From: Candidatus Nanohaloarchaea archaeon | GTDB lineage: Archaea > Nanohalarchaeota > Nanosalinia > Nanosalinales > Nanosalinaceae | DNA: 64,000 nucleotides | Direction of reading: 5' to 3' | NCBI GenBank assembly: GCA_042218325.1 | Contig: JBDGRE010000001.1 | Span: 4,356-68,355 of the forward strand | Shown: in pieces, positions 1 to 8,967 of the stretch | How positions within the stretch are numbered: position 1 is the stretch's first letter | Layout: every line of letters starts with the position of its first letter | Made by a program: the position numbers and the translations under genes | The notes under the pieces: model-generated | What the model was told of the DNA's origin: nothing | The model's input: only the letters and a program-made list of their open reading frames with translations | Databases searched by the model: none

Positions 1-5
1 TGTCC

Positions 6-425
6 ATGCCGGAGCTGCCGCTGTGGCCTGGGGTTGCGGCCGCTGTTCTTCTCATAGGTGTCTCCGGTTACCTGTTCGTCCCGTGGGCCTCTCTGGGTCT
101 TTCGCTGCCGTCCGTGTCTGTGCCCGCAGTGGAGCTGCCTTCAGGCGGCGGGGAAGGCGCGCCGAGCTCTGGTGATGCCTGCCCTGATGTGGGTGTCAGG
201 ATCAACTCGATATCTTCAAGCGGTGGTTCTACCCGGGCGGATGTGCTCGTGACGCGTGGCAGCGCGGAGGTCGTCCTGGAGGTATACGACGGTTCGCGGC
301 TCGCGGGCTCGACCACGAAAAGGGTCGGCGGCCCGGATAGCATGACGGTCTCCGCTACGGGCGACAGGGCTGTCCTGCGGCCAACTGGTTGCACGGAGTT
401 CCACGATGCCGTTGCTATAGGTTGA
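6..425 (+). CDS. Membrane-anchored protein with small two-Cys extracellular beta domain (possibly 5'-truncated by window edge)
   Basis: Hydrophobic segment VAAAVLLIGVSGYLFV, then P/S/G linker and domain bounded by ACPDVGVRI...PTGC. Confidence 0.6.
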   Translation: MPELPLWPGVAAAVLLIGVSGYLFVPWASLGLSLPSVSVPAVELPSGGGEGAPSSGDACPDVGVRINSISSSGGSTRADVLVTRGSAEVVLEVYDGSRLAGSTTKRVGGPDSMTVSATGDRAVLRPTGCTEFHDAVAIG

Positions 426-3219
426 GCTGGAAGGCCTTGGCGAAGTTCTGATCGCCCTCGACTTCTTCGGCGATCTCCCTGAGGTTCTCGTCAGCGTCGA
501 ATTCTTCGTGGTAGGATGCCGAGACAGCGCCCTTGTCGCCTATGAGTGTCACGGAGGCCTCGTTGTTCTTCGCGAGCTTCCTCGCTACCTGTATCAGGAG
601 CCCGATGTTCTCCGTCGGCACCTCTTCCCTCAGTACGCGGTCCTCCATCTTCTCCCTGAGGTGTCCCTCGAGCGAGGCCTCGAGCGATTCGAGCTGTTTC
701 TCGTTGTGCTTCCACGCGCTGTAGAGGGACTCGCACCGGGTTACCAGCGTCCCGGTCTCTACCGGTTCGAGCTCCACGTCTTCTCCCAGGTAGTCCGCGA
801 GCCTTTCCGCCTGTTCCTCTATCTCGCGGTGTTCCTCCCGGAAACGATCGATGGTCTCCAGGAGTTGCGAGGGCTCCACTGAGAATATGTCGCAGAGCTG
901 GCGCTGCACCTCTCTCGGGGTTCCGCCCAGCACGCGTTCGTCGGGGTTCTCGATGTCCATCTTCGCCGCGGCCTCTTCCACGCGGGCCTGTATCTCTTCC
1001 ATGTACCGTTCTGCGGCCTCCCCGGCGCGGTAGTTGAGCCGTATGACGCCGTCCTGTATCCTCGTCGACCCGCTCACGACGAACTCGCCGGTCTCCGAGG
1101 TCGTCGAGAGTTGTGTGCCGCCGCAGGCCTCCGCATCCACGTAGTCTATCCTCACGACGCGGACCTCGTTGCCGGGCGGCGCTCCGCCCTGGTACAGCCG
1201 GAAGCCGTACTCTTTCTCGGCCTCCGTCTTCTCCATCACTTTCTTTTCAATGCGGTAGTCCTCCTTTATCAACTGTTTCACGCGGTCTTCTATGCTGTCA
1301 AGCTGCTCCCGGGAGAGCTTCTCGTAGTGTGTTATGTCCAGCCTCGCCTTCTCCTCCGTCTTGCTCGCGCCGTTCTGCCATACGTGTTCGCCGAGCAGTT
1401 CCCGGGCCGCGCCGTTCACCATGTGGGTGGCGGAGTGGTGCTGCATCAGCTGTTTCCTCCGGCCCCAGTCGATCTCGCCCGCGACCTGGTCGCCTTCTTC
1501 AAGGCTGTGGCCGGGCACGTGGTGGAGTACGACCCCGCCCTGCTTCTGCACGTCGACCACCTCTTCCCCGTCGATGAGGCCTGTGTCGGGGTCCTGGCCT
1601 CCGCCCTCGGGGTAGAAGACCGTCCGGTCGAGCGCGATCCAGTCATCTCTTACGGCGGTGACCTCGGCGGTCATCTCCCTCCGGGTTTCATCCTCGTAGT
1701 AGAGCTTTTCTGTCTCAGGCACCTGAAAATCTTCTTGAGATTTTTCGAGGTCGAACTTTTCTTCCTCGAGCTCTTCCTCCGTGCCGCTGGTGGCGACCCG
1801 GGCGTAGAAGTCCTCCGGGACCTCGAAGCCGCGGGACTCCATCATCTCCGGCGATACGCCGTGCGACTCGTACAGCTCTATCATCTTCTCCACGGAGGGT
1901 TTTCCCTCGACGGAGTCCAGCTTCCTCCGCGCCTTCTCCCTTGAGCGGTGGTACTTCTCCTCCTCGACGTCGAGTATCTCCTTTACCTCCTCGAGGCTTT
2001 CCCGGAGTTCAGGGAACAGTGGCTCGAGTTCTTCTGCATGCCACTCCGCTATCTCCGCCATGTCGAGGTCCCAGTCCTGCCGCTCGATGGTTTCCTTTGC
2101 GCGCCGGTAGACCAGCCTGAGGTTGTGGCCCCCGCCGGTGTTGCTCGGTATCTTTCCGTCGGCCAGCGCGAACAGCAGCGCGCGGGCGTGCTCCGCGACC
2201 GCGTAAAGTCCCGATACCGGTCCTATCTCCTGCTTCAGGCCGTCGACCTCCATATCCATCTTGTCCGCGATCTCCTTCCATTTCTCGTCGATGTCGTCTA
2301 CCTCGTCGACGTTCAGCAGCGAGGAGTACGGCAGGAAATCCTCCCAGACCTCCTGGTCGACCTCGATGCCTGTCTTCGACTTCATCTTTTCCAGTACTTC
2401 AGGCATCACGCACTCGTAGCTTGTCTCGGTGCCGTGTGCTATCCAGGTTATGCGTTCGTGGCCCATGCCCATGTCGAGCAATTTCAGGTCCAGCTCCTCG
2501 TAGGAGTCACCCGTTATCTCGTAGAACATGTAGACCTGGTTCCATAGCTCGAGCCCGTCGACGAAGAACTCCATGCATGCGCCGAGGTTCCCGCCGCCTC
2601 CCCAGGCGTCTTCGTGTAGTATCAGTTTTTCTTCCGGGATGCCGAGCTCCTGGACCGCGAACTCGAACATGTCACGGAAGTACCGGTCCTGGTCGTATTC
2701 TTCCGGTTCTTGGAAGCAGGTCTGTCCTATGTGGTCGTGCAGCACATAGTGCCGACCCGTTATACCGACGTTGTCGACGTCGTTGAAACGCAGGCTCGGC
2801 TGCGGTATCACCAGCTCGGGCGCAGGCGGTTCGGCCTCTCCCGAGACGACGTACGGCTGGAAGCAGTAGATGGAGCCCTCCACGAACTCGGTGTCGTCAC
2901 GCCACCTCGCTACCACAGGGTAGCGGGAGATGGACTCGTAGCCGCGCGAGGTCATGAAGTCCTCGTATTTCTGCCATGCCTCGACGTAGCTGTACTCCTC
3001 GCTTGTGGGCGAGTCGTTGATGAAGGTGTAGCCTCCGCTGCATTCCGGTTCGCCGCATACCTCGCGGTCGCTGTCATACGACCAGAAGTACATGCCGCAC
3101 TCCGAGCATTCATCCCTTGTGAATCCTTTCTCCCGCAGGATATCGGTGGCGAAGAACTTGTCCGGGTTGTCGCCCGCCTCTCTTTTTATCTGCTGTTTCA
3201 GCTCGTCGAGTGTGGCCAT
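415..3219 (-). CDS. alaS: Alanine--tRNA ligase (archaeal type)
   Basis: N-terminal CxxC..C, YPVVARWRDD, QPSLRFNDVDNVGITGRH, DMGMGHERI, editing-domain HSATH; 934 aa. Confidence 0.97.
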   Translation of the reverse strand: MATLDELKQQIKREAGDNPDKFFATDILREKGFTRDECSECGMYFWSYDSDREVCGEPECSGGYTFINDSPTSEEYSYVEAWQKYEDFMTSRGYESISRYPVVARWRDDTEFVEGSIYCFQPYVVSGEAEPPAPELVIPQPSLRFNDVDNVGITGRHYVLHDHIGQTCFQEPEEYDQDRYFRDMFEFAVQELGIPEEKLILHEDAWGGGGNLGACMEFFVDGLELWNQVYMFYEITGDSYEELDLKLLDMGMGHERITWIAHGTETSYECVMPEVLEKMKSKTGIEVDQEVWEDFLPYSSLLNVDEVDDIDEKWKEIADKMDMEVDGLKQEIGPVSGLYAVAEHARALLFALADGKIPSNTGGGHNLRLVYRRAKETIERQDWDLDMAEIAEWHAEELEPLFPELRESLEEVKEILDVEEEKYHRSREKARRKLDSVEGKPSVEKMIELYESHGVSPEMMESRGFEVPEDFYARVATSGTEEELEEEKFDLEKSQEDFQVPETEKLYYEDETRREMTAEVTAVRDDWIALDRTVFYPEGGGQDPDTGLIDGEEVVDVQKQGGVVLHHVPGHSLEEGDQVAGEIDWGRRKQLMQHHSATHMVNGAARELLGEHVWQNGASKTEEKARLDITHYEKLSREQLDSIEDRVKQLIKEDYRIEKKVMEKTEAEKEYGFRLYQGGAPPGNEVRVVRIDYVDAEACGGTQLSTTSETGEFVVSGSTRIQDGVIRLNYRAGEAAERYMEEIQARVEEAAAKMDIENPDERVLGGTPREVQRQLCDIFSVEPSQLLETIDRFREEHREIEEQAERLADYLGEDVELEPVETGTLVTRCESLYSAWKHNEKQLESLEASLEGHLREKMEDRVLREEVPTENIGLLIQVARKLAKNNEASVTLIGDKGAVSASYHEEFDADENLREIAEEVEGDQNFAKAFQLNL

Positions 3220-3258
3220 ACCGGTGGTTGCGAGAAGAATTTTTTTATCAAGTCGGCC

Positions 3259-3963
3259 CTATCCCGAGAGCTGGTTGTAGGCGCTCGCGAGCGCCGCGAC
3301 GTTGAACACGCTTATGATGGCGGACGGTATCATGACTGCCATGCTGCTCGCGGCCCTGCCGAGTAGCAGCGAGGAAGGTACGCTGAACAGCAGGGTGAAT
3401 ACGTAGGTCGCCACCATCATCAGGAGACCGATGGCGAACAGCGGGAACCTGTTTTCTTTCGCAAGCTGCCAGCTGCTGGAGAAGGCCTCCATGAAGTTCT
3501 GGTCCTCGACCGCGACGTACACTATCCAGAATATCAGGCTTACCATGAGGAAGATACCCGGTATCACGAACAGGACGAAGCCTACCATGACCGCGATGCT
3601 GAACAGTATGCCGCCGATGAAAATGTTGACGAGCGGCATAAGCAGGTCGCTGGTGAAGTACTCCACAGGGAGGCTTTCCGTTCTCTCGTTGACGAAAGTC
3701 CTTATCACGCCGAGCCCGAGCGCTGCCCCCGCTAACAGGAGCAGGAGCCATGCGATGCCGGAGACCGCCGCTGACATCTCGACTGCGAGCGGGTAGGCGG
3801 AGGACATCGTCCAGGAAGCCGGCAGTGCGGCCATGAAGAAGCTCTGCGACACGACAAGGTTCAGGACCTGGAAGACCAGGTAAAGCGCCATTATCGATAT
3901 GCCGGCCCTTGAAACGGTCATGTCGAACGCTTCCCTGAACGTGCGCCCTACGTCGACTGTCAT
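3259..3963 (-). CDS. Multi-pass membrane protein
   Basis: About 6 TM helices; GFVLFVIPGIFL and AFSSSWQL pattern typical of a widespread membrane family. Confidence 0.75.
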   Translation of the reverse strand: MTVDVGRTFREAFDMTVSRAGISIMALYLVFQVLNLVVSQSFFMAALPASWTMSSAYPLAVEMSAAVSGIAWLLLLLAGAALGLGVIRTFVNERTESLPVEYFTSDLLMPLVNIFIGGILFSIAVMVGFVLFVIPGIFLMVSLIFWIVYVAVEDQNFMEAFSSSWQLAKENRFPLFAIGLLMMVATYVFTLLFSVPSSLLLGRAASSMAVMIPSAIISVFNVAALASAYNQLSG

Positions 3964-4011
3964 ATTGGAAGATTGGGCTCTAAATCTTTAATACTTTCCT
4001 GTGTGGTATAT

Positions 4012-4095
4012 GAAAAGAAAAAAGAGATGCTGGCTGGAGGCTGTCGCACCGGCGAGGGCCGTTGCTCGAGCACGCTTTCCGCAGGGGAAAGGTGC
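4012..4095 (-). terminator. Probable terminator of r-protein operon (hairpin plus T-tract)
   Basis: After the rpl12 stop: GCAC-CTTTCC...GGAAAG-C-GTGC stem, then TTTTTTTCTTTT on the minus strand. Confidence 0.5.
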
Positions 4096-4410
4096 TTAGA
4101 ACAGCTCTCCGAGTCCTTCTGCTGCTTCCTCTTCGGAGGCTTCGTCCTCTTCCTCTTCTTCCTCTTCGGCTTCTTCCTCTTCTTCCTCGGCCTCAGATTC
4201 TGCTGCGGCGCCGCCTGCTGGAGCTCCGCCTGTAGCGACGGCTGTCTCCATGGCTTCCTCGATGTCGACGTCCTCGAGCGCGGCCACAAGGGCCTTGATC
4301 TCAGAGCTGTCGACGTCCAGGTCCGCAGCTTCGACGATGGCCTCAAGGTTGTCTTCGTTGACTTCCTTGCCGGCCTCGTGAAGCGTCAGCGCTGCGTAGA
4401 CAAGTTCCAT
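4096..4410 (-). CDS. rpl12: 50S ribosomal protein L12 (P1/P2-like stalk)
   Basis: [11 protein letters not shown], Ala/Glu-rich hinge, C-terminal EGLGELF. Confidence 0.96.
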   Translation of the reverse strand: MELVYAALTLHEAGKEVNEDNLEAIVEAADLDVDSSEIKALVAALEDVDIEEAMETAVATGGAPAGGAAAESEAEEEEEEAEEEEEEEDEASEEEAAEGLGELF

Positions 4411-4482
4411 TCTTGTTTCACCTTGCGTTATCGGTCACCTTCCACCCTTAAAAAGGTGTATTGCATAGCTGATTACAGATAG

Positions 4483-5187
4483 ATGGAGCTGGCTGATTTC
4501 CCTCCCGAGACGAGGTTGAAGCTTGACGAAGAAGGCGACGAGAAGCTCTGGAACGGTGTCGAGGACGCCGGCGGCGTCCGGAGTTTCTGCGAGGGCCGTG
4601 ATCTCTCCGAGTCGCAGCTCTACAGCTGCAGGAGCAGGGATATCTACATCCCGCTGTCTCTTGTCTCCGCGGTGCTCGGCAGGGAGGCCTCCCGGTACGT
4701 CGTCGCCTACAAGGGAGGTGGCAGGAGCAGGCCTGTCGTGGACCCCGTGCTGCCGGTGCCCCGTGAAACCGGGCTGCTGACCCGTGTGCAGGAATCGGTC
4801 GTCGTCAACAGTGACGGCGTACCGTTTTACATCGCAGACGAGTACTCGCTTGTCCGGCGGTTCAGGACCCTTCTCTCGGTGCTGGGCGAGGTCCCGGCGT
4901 CCCTTTACAGGAGGTCGCGTTACGAGCTCCGGCTCCCGAAGCACGTTCACGATATCCTGTCAGGGATGGAGTTCGAGCCAGATTTTGCGGCGCTTGTCGA
5001 CGAGTCCGGGAGGGTCGAGAACGGTGAACTGGTAGCAGGGGACAGGCGGGTCGCGGTCGATGAGTTCTCCGGAGAGCTGTACTCGCGTTCGAAGAGGTTC
5101 GAGCTGGCCCTTGAACGCGGGGACTCCGGGACCATCAGGCGGTTGATGGGTGAGGAGCGGGACAGGGTCCAGGATGCGCTCTCTTAG
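4483..5187 (+). CDS. Hypothetical protein, possible HTH + degenerate LAGLIDADG-like domain
   Basis: 234 aa ORF filling the gap between rpl12 and the 5184 ORF; HTH-like VRSFCEGRDLSESQLYSCRSRDIYIPLSLV; LAGLIDADG-like downstream pattern. Confidence 0.6.
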   Translation: MELADFPPETRLKLDEEGDEKLWNGVEDAGGVRSFCEGRDLSESQLYSCRSRDIYIPLSLVSAVLGREASRYVVAYKGGGRSRPVVDPVLPVPRETGLLTRVQESVVVNSDGVPFYIADEYSLVRRFRTLLSVLGEVPASLYRRSRYELRLPKHVHDILSGMEFEPDFAALVDESGRVENGELVAGDRRVAVDEFSGELYSRSKRFELALERGDSGTIRRLMGEERDRVQDALS

Positions 5188-5465
5188 GGCCCGGTCAGCT
5201 GGCCGCCGAACTGCTGCCTGAGCAGCTGGTTCTGCGAGCTCTGGTCCATGTTGCCGGTCTGGCAGTCTGCGGTCAGGTCCTCTCTTGTTAGGTCGTCGTT
5301 GGGGTCCCTGTTTATGCGCTGCCACTGGTACTGGCACTTGGAGTTCTCTGTCCGGTCTGTCGAGTCGTCGAGGTCGGTCAGCGAGCCGCTTGACATGAAG
5401 GCCACCAGCAGCCCTGTTATCAGTACGACGGTCGCCACCATTATCACCTGGATGGTCTGGTTCAT
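5184..5465 (-). CDS. Small pilin-like membrane-anchored protein
   Basis: N-terminal hydrophobic helix, Cys pair, 93 aa; starts 2 nt after the stop of the upstream gene. Confidence 0.55.
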   Translation of the reverse strand: MNQTIQVIMVATVVLITGLLVAFMSSGSLTDLDDSTDRTENSKCQYQWQRINRDPNDDLTREDLTADCQTGNMDQSSQNQLLRQQFGGQLTGP

Positions 5466-5467
5466 CC

Positions 5468-6685
5468 TCAGTCGCCCTCGCAGTACATGGTCTCTGTGTT
5501 GAGCGTTCCGAGCTGCAGGTCCTCGCAGAGTGAACGCATCACGGGTACGCAGGCCTGGTCGCCGGTGTTGCCGGCGCAGTCCGGTATGATTTTCTGCCCG
5601 ATGCAGCTGTACTTCCCTTCGAACCTGTTGGAGTTGTAGCCGTTCTCTGCGCAGTAGGCCTGCCAGGAGTTCTCGCCGTGCTCGGAGACTATCTGCTGGA
5701 CCGTCTCCTCGGGTACCCCGCTGCCTGTGCCGCCGGTGTTTCCGCTTCCTGCCTCACAGCTGTCTTGGTATCGGCATCTCGCCTCTTCGAGGCCGATGTT
5801 GACGCTGCTGTCCGGGCAAAGCGCCCTGAACTTCGCTCCCTCGCTCGTCATCGACATGAAATCTATCTTGGTCAACTGGCCGTTCTGGACGGTCTGCGGG
5901 CCCTGGACCGCGATGGAGCCCGAGTTCTCCCCGTCGATGTAGAACCAGAACGTAGGTGTCCCGCGCAGGGTCGTCACGCGCACCGAGTCGTCCGCGTTCT
6001 CGCAGCCGCCGGGGAGCTGCAGCCTTTCTCCCCCGCCTTTAACAGTTATCTCGCCCCACTGGTAGTCGTTCGACGTTCCCCCGTCTCCGCTTTCTCCACC
6101 GCTGTTGCCATCTTCTCCGGTGCTGGTGTCGTAGGTTATCTCGGTCTCAAGGTCTGCGGCGTAAGGCTCGTTGCCATCGAGGCAGCTATAGCTGCCCGGG
6201 TTTACGGCCATATCGACGCTGCTGGGAGATGTAGGGTAGGCTCCGCCGCAGACGAATTCGAGCGTCTCTTTATCTGTCTTCCCGGCCCAGCCCCCGCTGT
6301 AGGTCTCTTTCAGGGGGAGGATGTCGATGTTCACTCTTACGGGCCCGCTGCTCGCTGTCGGACGCTTGCCGTCCGTTAATCTCAGGGTAAAGCTGCTGCC
6401 GTCTTGGGAGTATTCAAGGCTCGTGGTGCTACAGGTCCCTTCGAGACAGCCTCCTGTGGAACCGCTGAGTACCTGGCCTGTTGAGTGAGAAGTTTGTATC
6501 CCGTCGTATGCTATCATGACGTTCATCTGAGGTATGTCGCTGCAAGGCTCCGGGCAGCTACCCTCTATGACTAAGGGGTAGCTTGAATCATCTTCCACTA
6601 TCTCAGCGGAGAAACTTGAGGACTGGCTCGCCGCGATGGGTGCGAGAAGGATGGCGAACGCCAGCGCTAAAAATTTTCCTCGCAT
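5468..6685 (-). CDS. Secreted Cys-rich surface protein
   Basis: Sec signal MRGKFLALAFAILLAPIAAS, many Cys, G/S/D-rich linkers. Confidence 0.75.
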   Translation of the reverse strand: MRGKFLALAFAILLAPIAASQSSSFSAEIVEDDSSYPLVIEGSCPEPCSDIPQMNVMIAYDGIQTSHSTGQVLSGSTGGCLEGTCSTTSLEYSQDGSSFTLRLTDGKRPTASSGPVRVNIDILPLKETYSGGWAGKTDKETLEFVCGGAYPTSPSSVDMAVNPGSYSCLDGNEPYAADLETEITYDTSTGEDGNSGGESGDGGTSNDYQWGEITVKGGGERLQLPGGCENADDSVRVTTLRGTPTFWFYIDGENSGSIAVQGPQTVQNGQLTKIDFMSMTSEGAKFRALCPDSSVNIGLEEARCRYQDSCEAGSGNTGGTGSGVPEETVQQIVSEHGENSWQAYCAENGYNSNRFEGKYSCIGQKIIPDCAGNTGDQACVPVMRSLCEDLQLGTLNTETMYCEGD

Positions 6686-6739
6686 CTCTGGCCTGTTATT
6701 GCCACGGCCGGAATAAAAACACTGCGGGCCGGGAGTTTT

Positions 6740-7714
6740 CTACTCCTCGTCTTCCTCTTCTTCGCCCTCGCTATCCTCTTCCGCGGGAGCTGCGTCGTCT
6801 CCGGAGGATTCACTGTCCTGCTCTTCGGATTCTTTCTCCTCGACTTCAGCAGCTTCAAGGTCGAGCTGGGCGTCGAGGGAATCCGCGCGCGAGGACGCGG
6901 TGGCGAGGATGTCCTCGATGGTATCCTTCGTCGGGATACCCTCGTTGACGGAGAGGTTGCGGGCCTTCTGGGCCGCGTTCGAGACCACTGTCGGAGCGGT
7001 ACGGGTGGTTATGTAGCCCGCGTTGACCGCGAGGTTGAACGCGCCCGTCGCCGCAGCCTCTATGTCTGCGCGGTACTCCTCTGCGTCGATTGCGAGTTCG
7101 TGGGCCTGGAACAGCTCGCCCTCGCTGAGAACCACGTCGAGGTCGAGTCCTATCTCCAGCGGCTCGATTCCGAGCTGGTTGAGTATCTCCGCGTCGTCCG
7201 CGGTGATCGTTTCTCCGCGTTCGACTATCACGCCGGATTGCTGGACGTGGATGGAGCCGTCCTCCACTTGGACGTTGAGGCCTGCCTGCTGGAGCTTGCC
7301 GAGCATCGGTCCGGGACCTATTCCCGTGTCGCCCTCCGAGACCTCTATGTCGCTCGGCGCCTCTTCGCCGCCCTGGGCCGCGGCGCTCGTCTTGTTGTCC
7401 TGTATAAGTTTGTAGAGCTGGAAGGGATCCTTCTCCGAGAAGATGAACGCCGGTTGAGTAGCGCTGTTCTCCTTCAGCTGTTCCGTGCCTTCCTTGTCAG
7501 CCTGGTCGATGGCGAACTCCATCAGGGTCTTCCGGGACATCTTGATGTCCGCGAAATCCTTCATCTCCTTCTTCATCTCCTGCAGCTGGCGGGAAGGCAG
7601 GTTTTTCATGTCAAGGATGCCGACTACCGGCGACCCCTCTATCTTCTCGCGGAAGAACTCCACTTTCTTCTCCTTCTCCTCCCGCGTCATCTGCTTCGGT
7701 ACAGGCTGTACCAT
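6740..7714 (-). CDS. rpl10: 50S ribosomal protein L10 (P0)
   Basis: LPSRQLQEMK, KTLM, GDTGIGPGP, LNQLGIEPLEIGL, acidic tail. Confidence 0.96.
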   Translation of the reverse strand: MVQPVPKQMTREEKEKKVEFFREKIEGSPVVGILDMKNLPSRQLQEMKKEMKDFADIKMSRKTLMEFAIDQADKEGTEQLKENSATQPAFIFSEKDPFQLYKLIQDNKTSAAAQGGEEAPSDIEVSEGDTGIGPGPMLGKLQQAGLNVQVEDGSIHVQQSGVIVERGETITADDAEILNQLGIEPLEIGLDLDVVLSEGELFQAHELAIDAEEYRADIEAAATGAFNLAVNAGYITTRTAPTVVSNAAQKARNLSVNEGIPTKDTIEDILATASSRADSLDAQLDLEAAEVEEKESEEQDSESSGDDAAPAEEDSEGEEEEDEE

Positions 7715-8340
7715 CAGTTGCTCACCTCCACTGATGGCCCCATGGTGGTCTTTATCAGGACGCTCTTGATGTTGTTGCTTCCCTGCGGGAGCTCGCCCTC
7801 GATGAAGTCGTAGACCGCGCTGGCGTTCCGCGCGACCTGATCGATGTCCTGTTCCTCGTTGCCCACCTTGAGGTGGATTACCGGGTCCTCCTTGAGTCTC
7901 ACCGTTATCGTGTTCCTCAGCGACTCTATCCTGTCGGTCGGGTCGCTGCCCGGCGGCATCGGGTCGGGCATCATGTTGCGCGGGCCGAAGACCTGTCCGA
8001 GGTGCTGCCCGATGTCAGGCATGAGCGGAGCCTCGGCGATTATGAAGCTCATCTCTTCCGCCAGGTCCTTCGCATCGCTCGGATTCTCGTAGAGCTCCTC
8101 CAGTTCGTCCTCGGTTATCTCACGGTCCGCGTTGTCCGCGTTCTTGACGAGCGTGTCGCCGATGACCGCGATCTTGACATCTTCCGATGCCTGGTAGGGT
8201 AACTTGATATCCTCGTTGAAACGGTTGCTCGCCTCGGAGAGGTCGAGGTCCTTGAAGTTGACCACGACGTCGATAGACTCCTTGAAGTTCCTCTCCGGGG
8301 CCTCCTCTATAGCTTTCTCTACAGCTTCTTCGAAATCCAT
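7714..8340 (-). CDS. rpl1: 50S ribosomal protein L1
   Basis: RNFKESIDVVVNFKDLDL, LGQVFGPRNMMP, KTTMGP. Confidence 0.97.
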   Translation of the reverse strand: MDFEEAVEKAIEEAPERNFKESIDVVVNFKDLDLSEASNRFNEDIKLPYQASEDVKIAVIGDTLVKNADNADREITEDELEELYENPSDAKDLAEEMSFIIAEAPLMPDIGQHLGQVFGPRNMMPDPMPPGSDPTDRIESLRNTITVRLKEDPVIHLKVGNEEQDIDQVARNASAVYDFIEGELPQGSNNIKSVLIKTTMGPSVEVSN

Positions 8341-8341
8341 T

Positions 8342-8445
8342 AGAATTCAACCTCCGAATTCTGCATGGTCCGAACTCTTTGAGTTCGTGCGGACGTAAGA
8401 ACTGCGGAGCAGTTCTGAGTGGTCGAGAAACTCTCTGAGTTTCGA
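8342..8445. repeat. Array of four short inverted repeats in the rpl11-rpl1 spacer
   Basis: AGAATTC-7-GAATTCT (8342-8362), CGAACTC-TTT-GAGTTCG (8371-8387), AGAACTGC-GGA-GCAGTTCT (8398-8416), GAAACTC-TCT-GAGTTTC (8427-8443). Confidence 0.85.
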
Positions 8446-8452
8446 TTCATAT

Positions 8453-8953
8453 CTACTCAATCCCCTCCTCGTCTTCGAGCTGCTGATCGTATTTCCCGGA
8501 GTCGATTTCCTGGAGCACGTCGTACGCGTCCTTGCCGTCGACTGTGACTCCCATCGACTGCGCAGAGCCGAGTATCTCCTTGACCGCGCCGCGGAGTTCC
8601 ATGGCGTTGAGGTCGCTGGCCTTCATCCTTGCTATCTTGCATGCGGTCGAGAACTCCATGTCCGTGACCTTGTTCCTGTTGGGCTCGCCCGAGCCGGACT
8701 CGATTCCGAGCTCGTCCTTTATGAGTGCTGCCGCGGGAGGTTTGCCGACCTCTATCTCGAACTTGCCGCTTTCCTCGTCGACTATGACCTCGACGGGCAC
8801 CTCCATGCCCTCGAAGTCGGCGGTCGCTTCATTGATTGCGTTTACTATCTCGCCGACGTCGATTCCCTGTACGGGTGCCAGCGAGGGACCCAGTGGCGGC
8901 CCGGCGCTTGCCTGTCCGCCCTCTACCAGTAGCTCGATTGTTTCTTCTGACAT
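8453..8953 (-). CDS. rpl11: 50S ribosomal protein L11
   Basis: GGQASAGPPLGPSL, FEGMEVPV, PPAAALIK, SMGVTV. Confidence 0.97.
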   Translation of the reverse strand: MSEETIELLVEGGQASAGPPLGPSLAPVQGIDVGEIVNAINEATADFEGMEVPVEVIVDEESGKFEIEVGKPPAAALIKDELGIESGSGEPNRNKVTDMEFSTACKIARMKASDLNAMELRGAVKEILGSAQSMGVTVDGKDAYDVLQEIDSGKYDQQLEDEEGIE

Positions 8954-8967
8954 AGTATCTTTTACCT

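Noticed and set aside
4025-4095. GC-rich structured stretch after rpl12 considered as a tRNA
   Set aside because: No T-loop GTTCRA consensus or cloverleaf; better explained as a 3' UTR/terminator
4120-4200. (TCTTCC)n-like low-complexity tract
   Set aside because: Encodes the normal poly-Glu hinge of L12
8342-8445. Hairpin array considered as a mini-CRISPR
   Set aside because: Units are not identical direct repeats, spacers are only about 10 nt, and no cas genes are present
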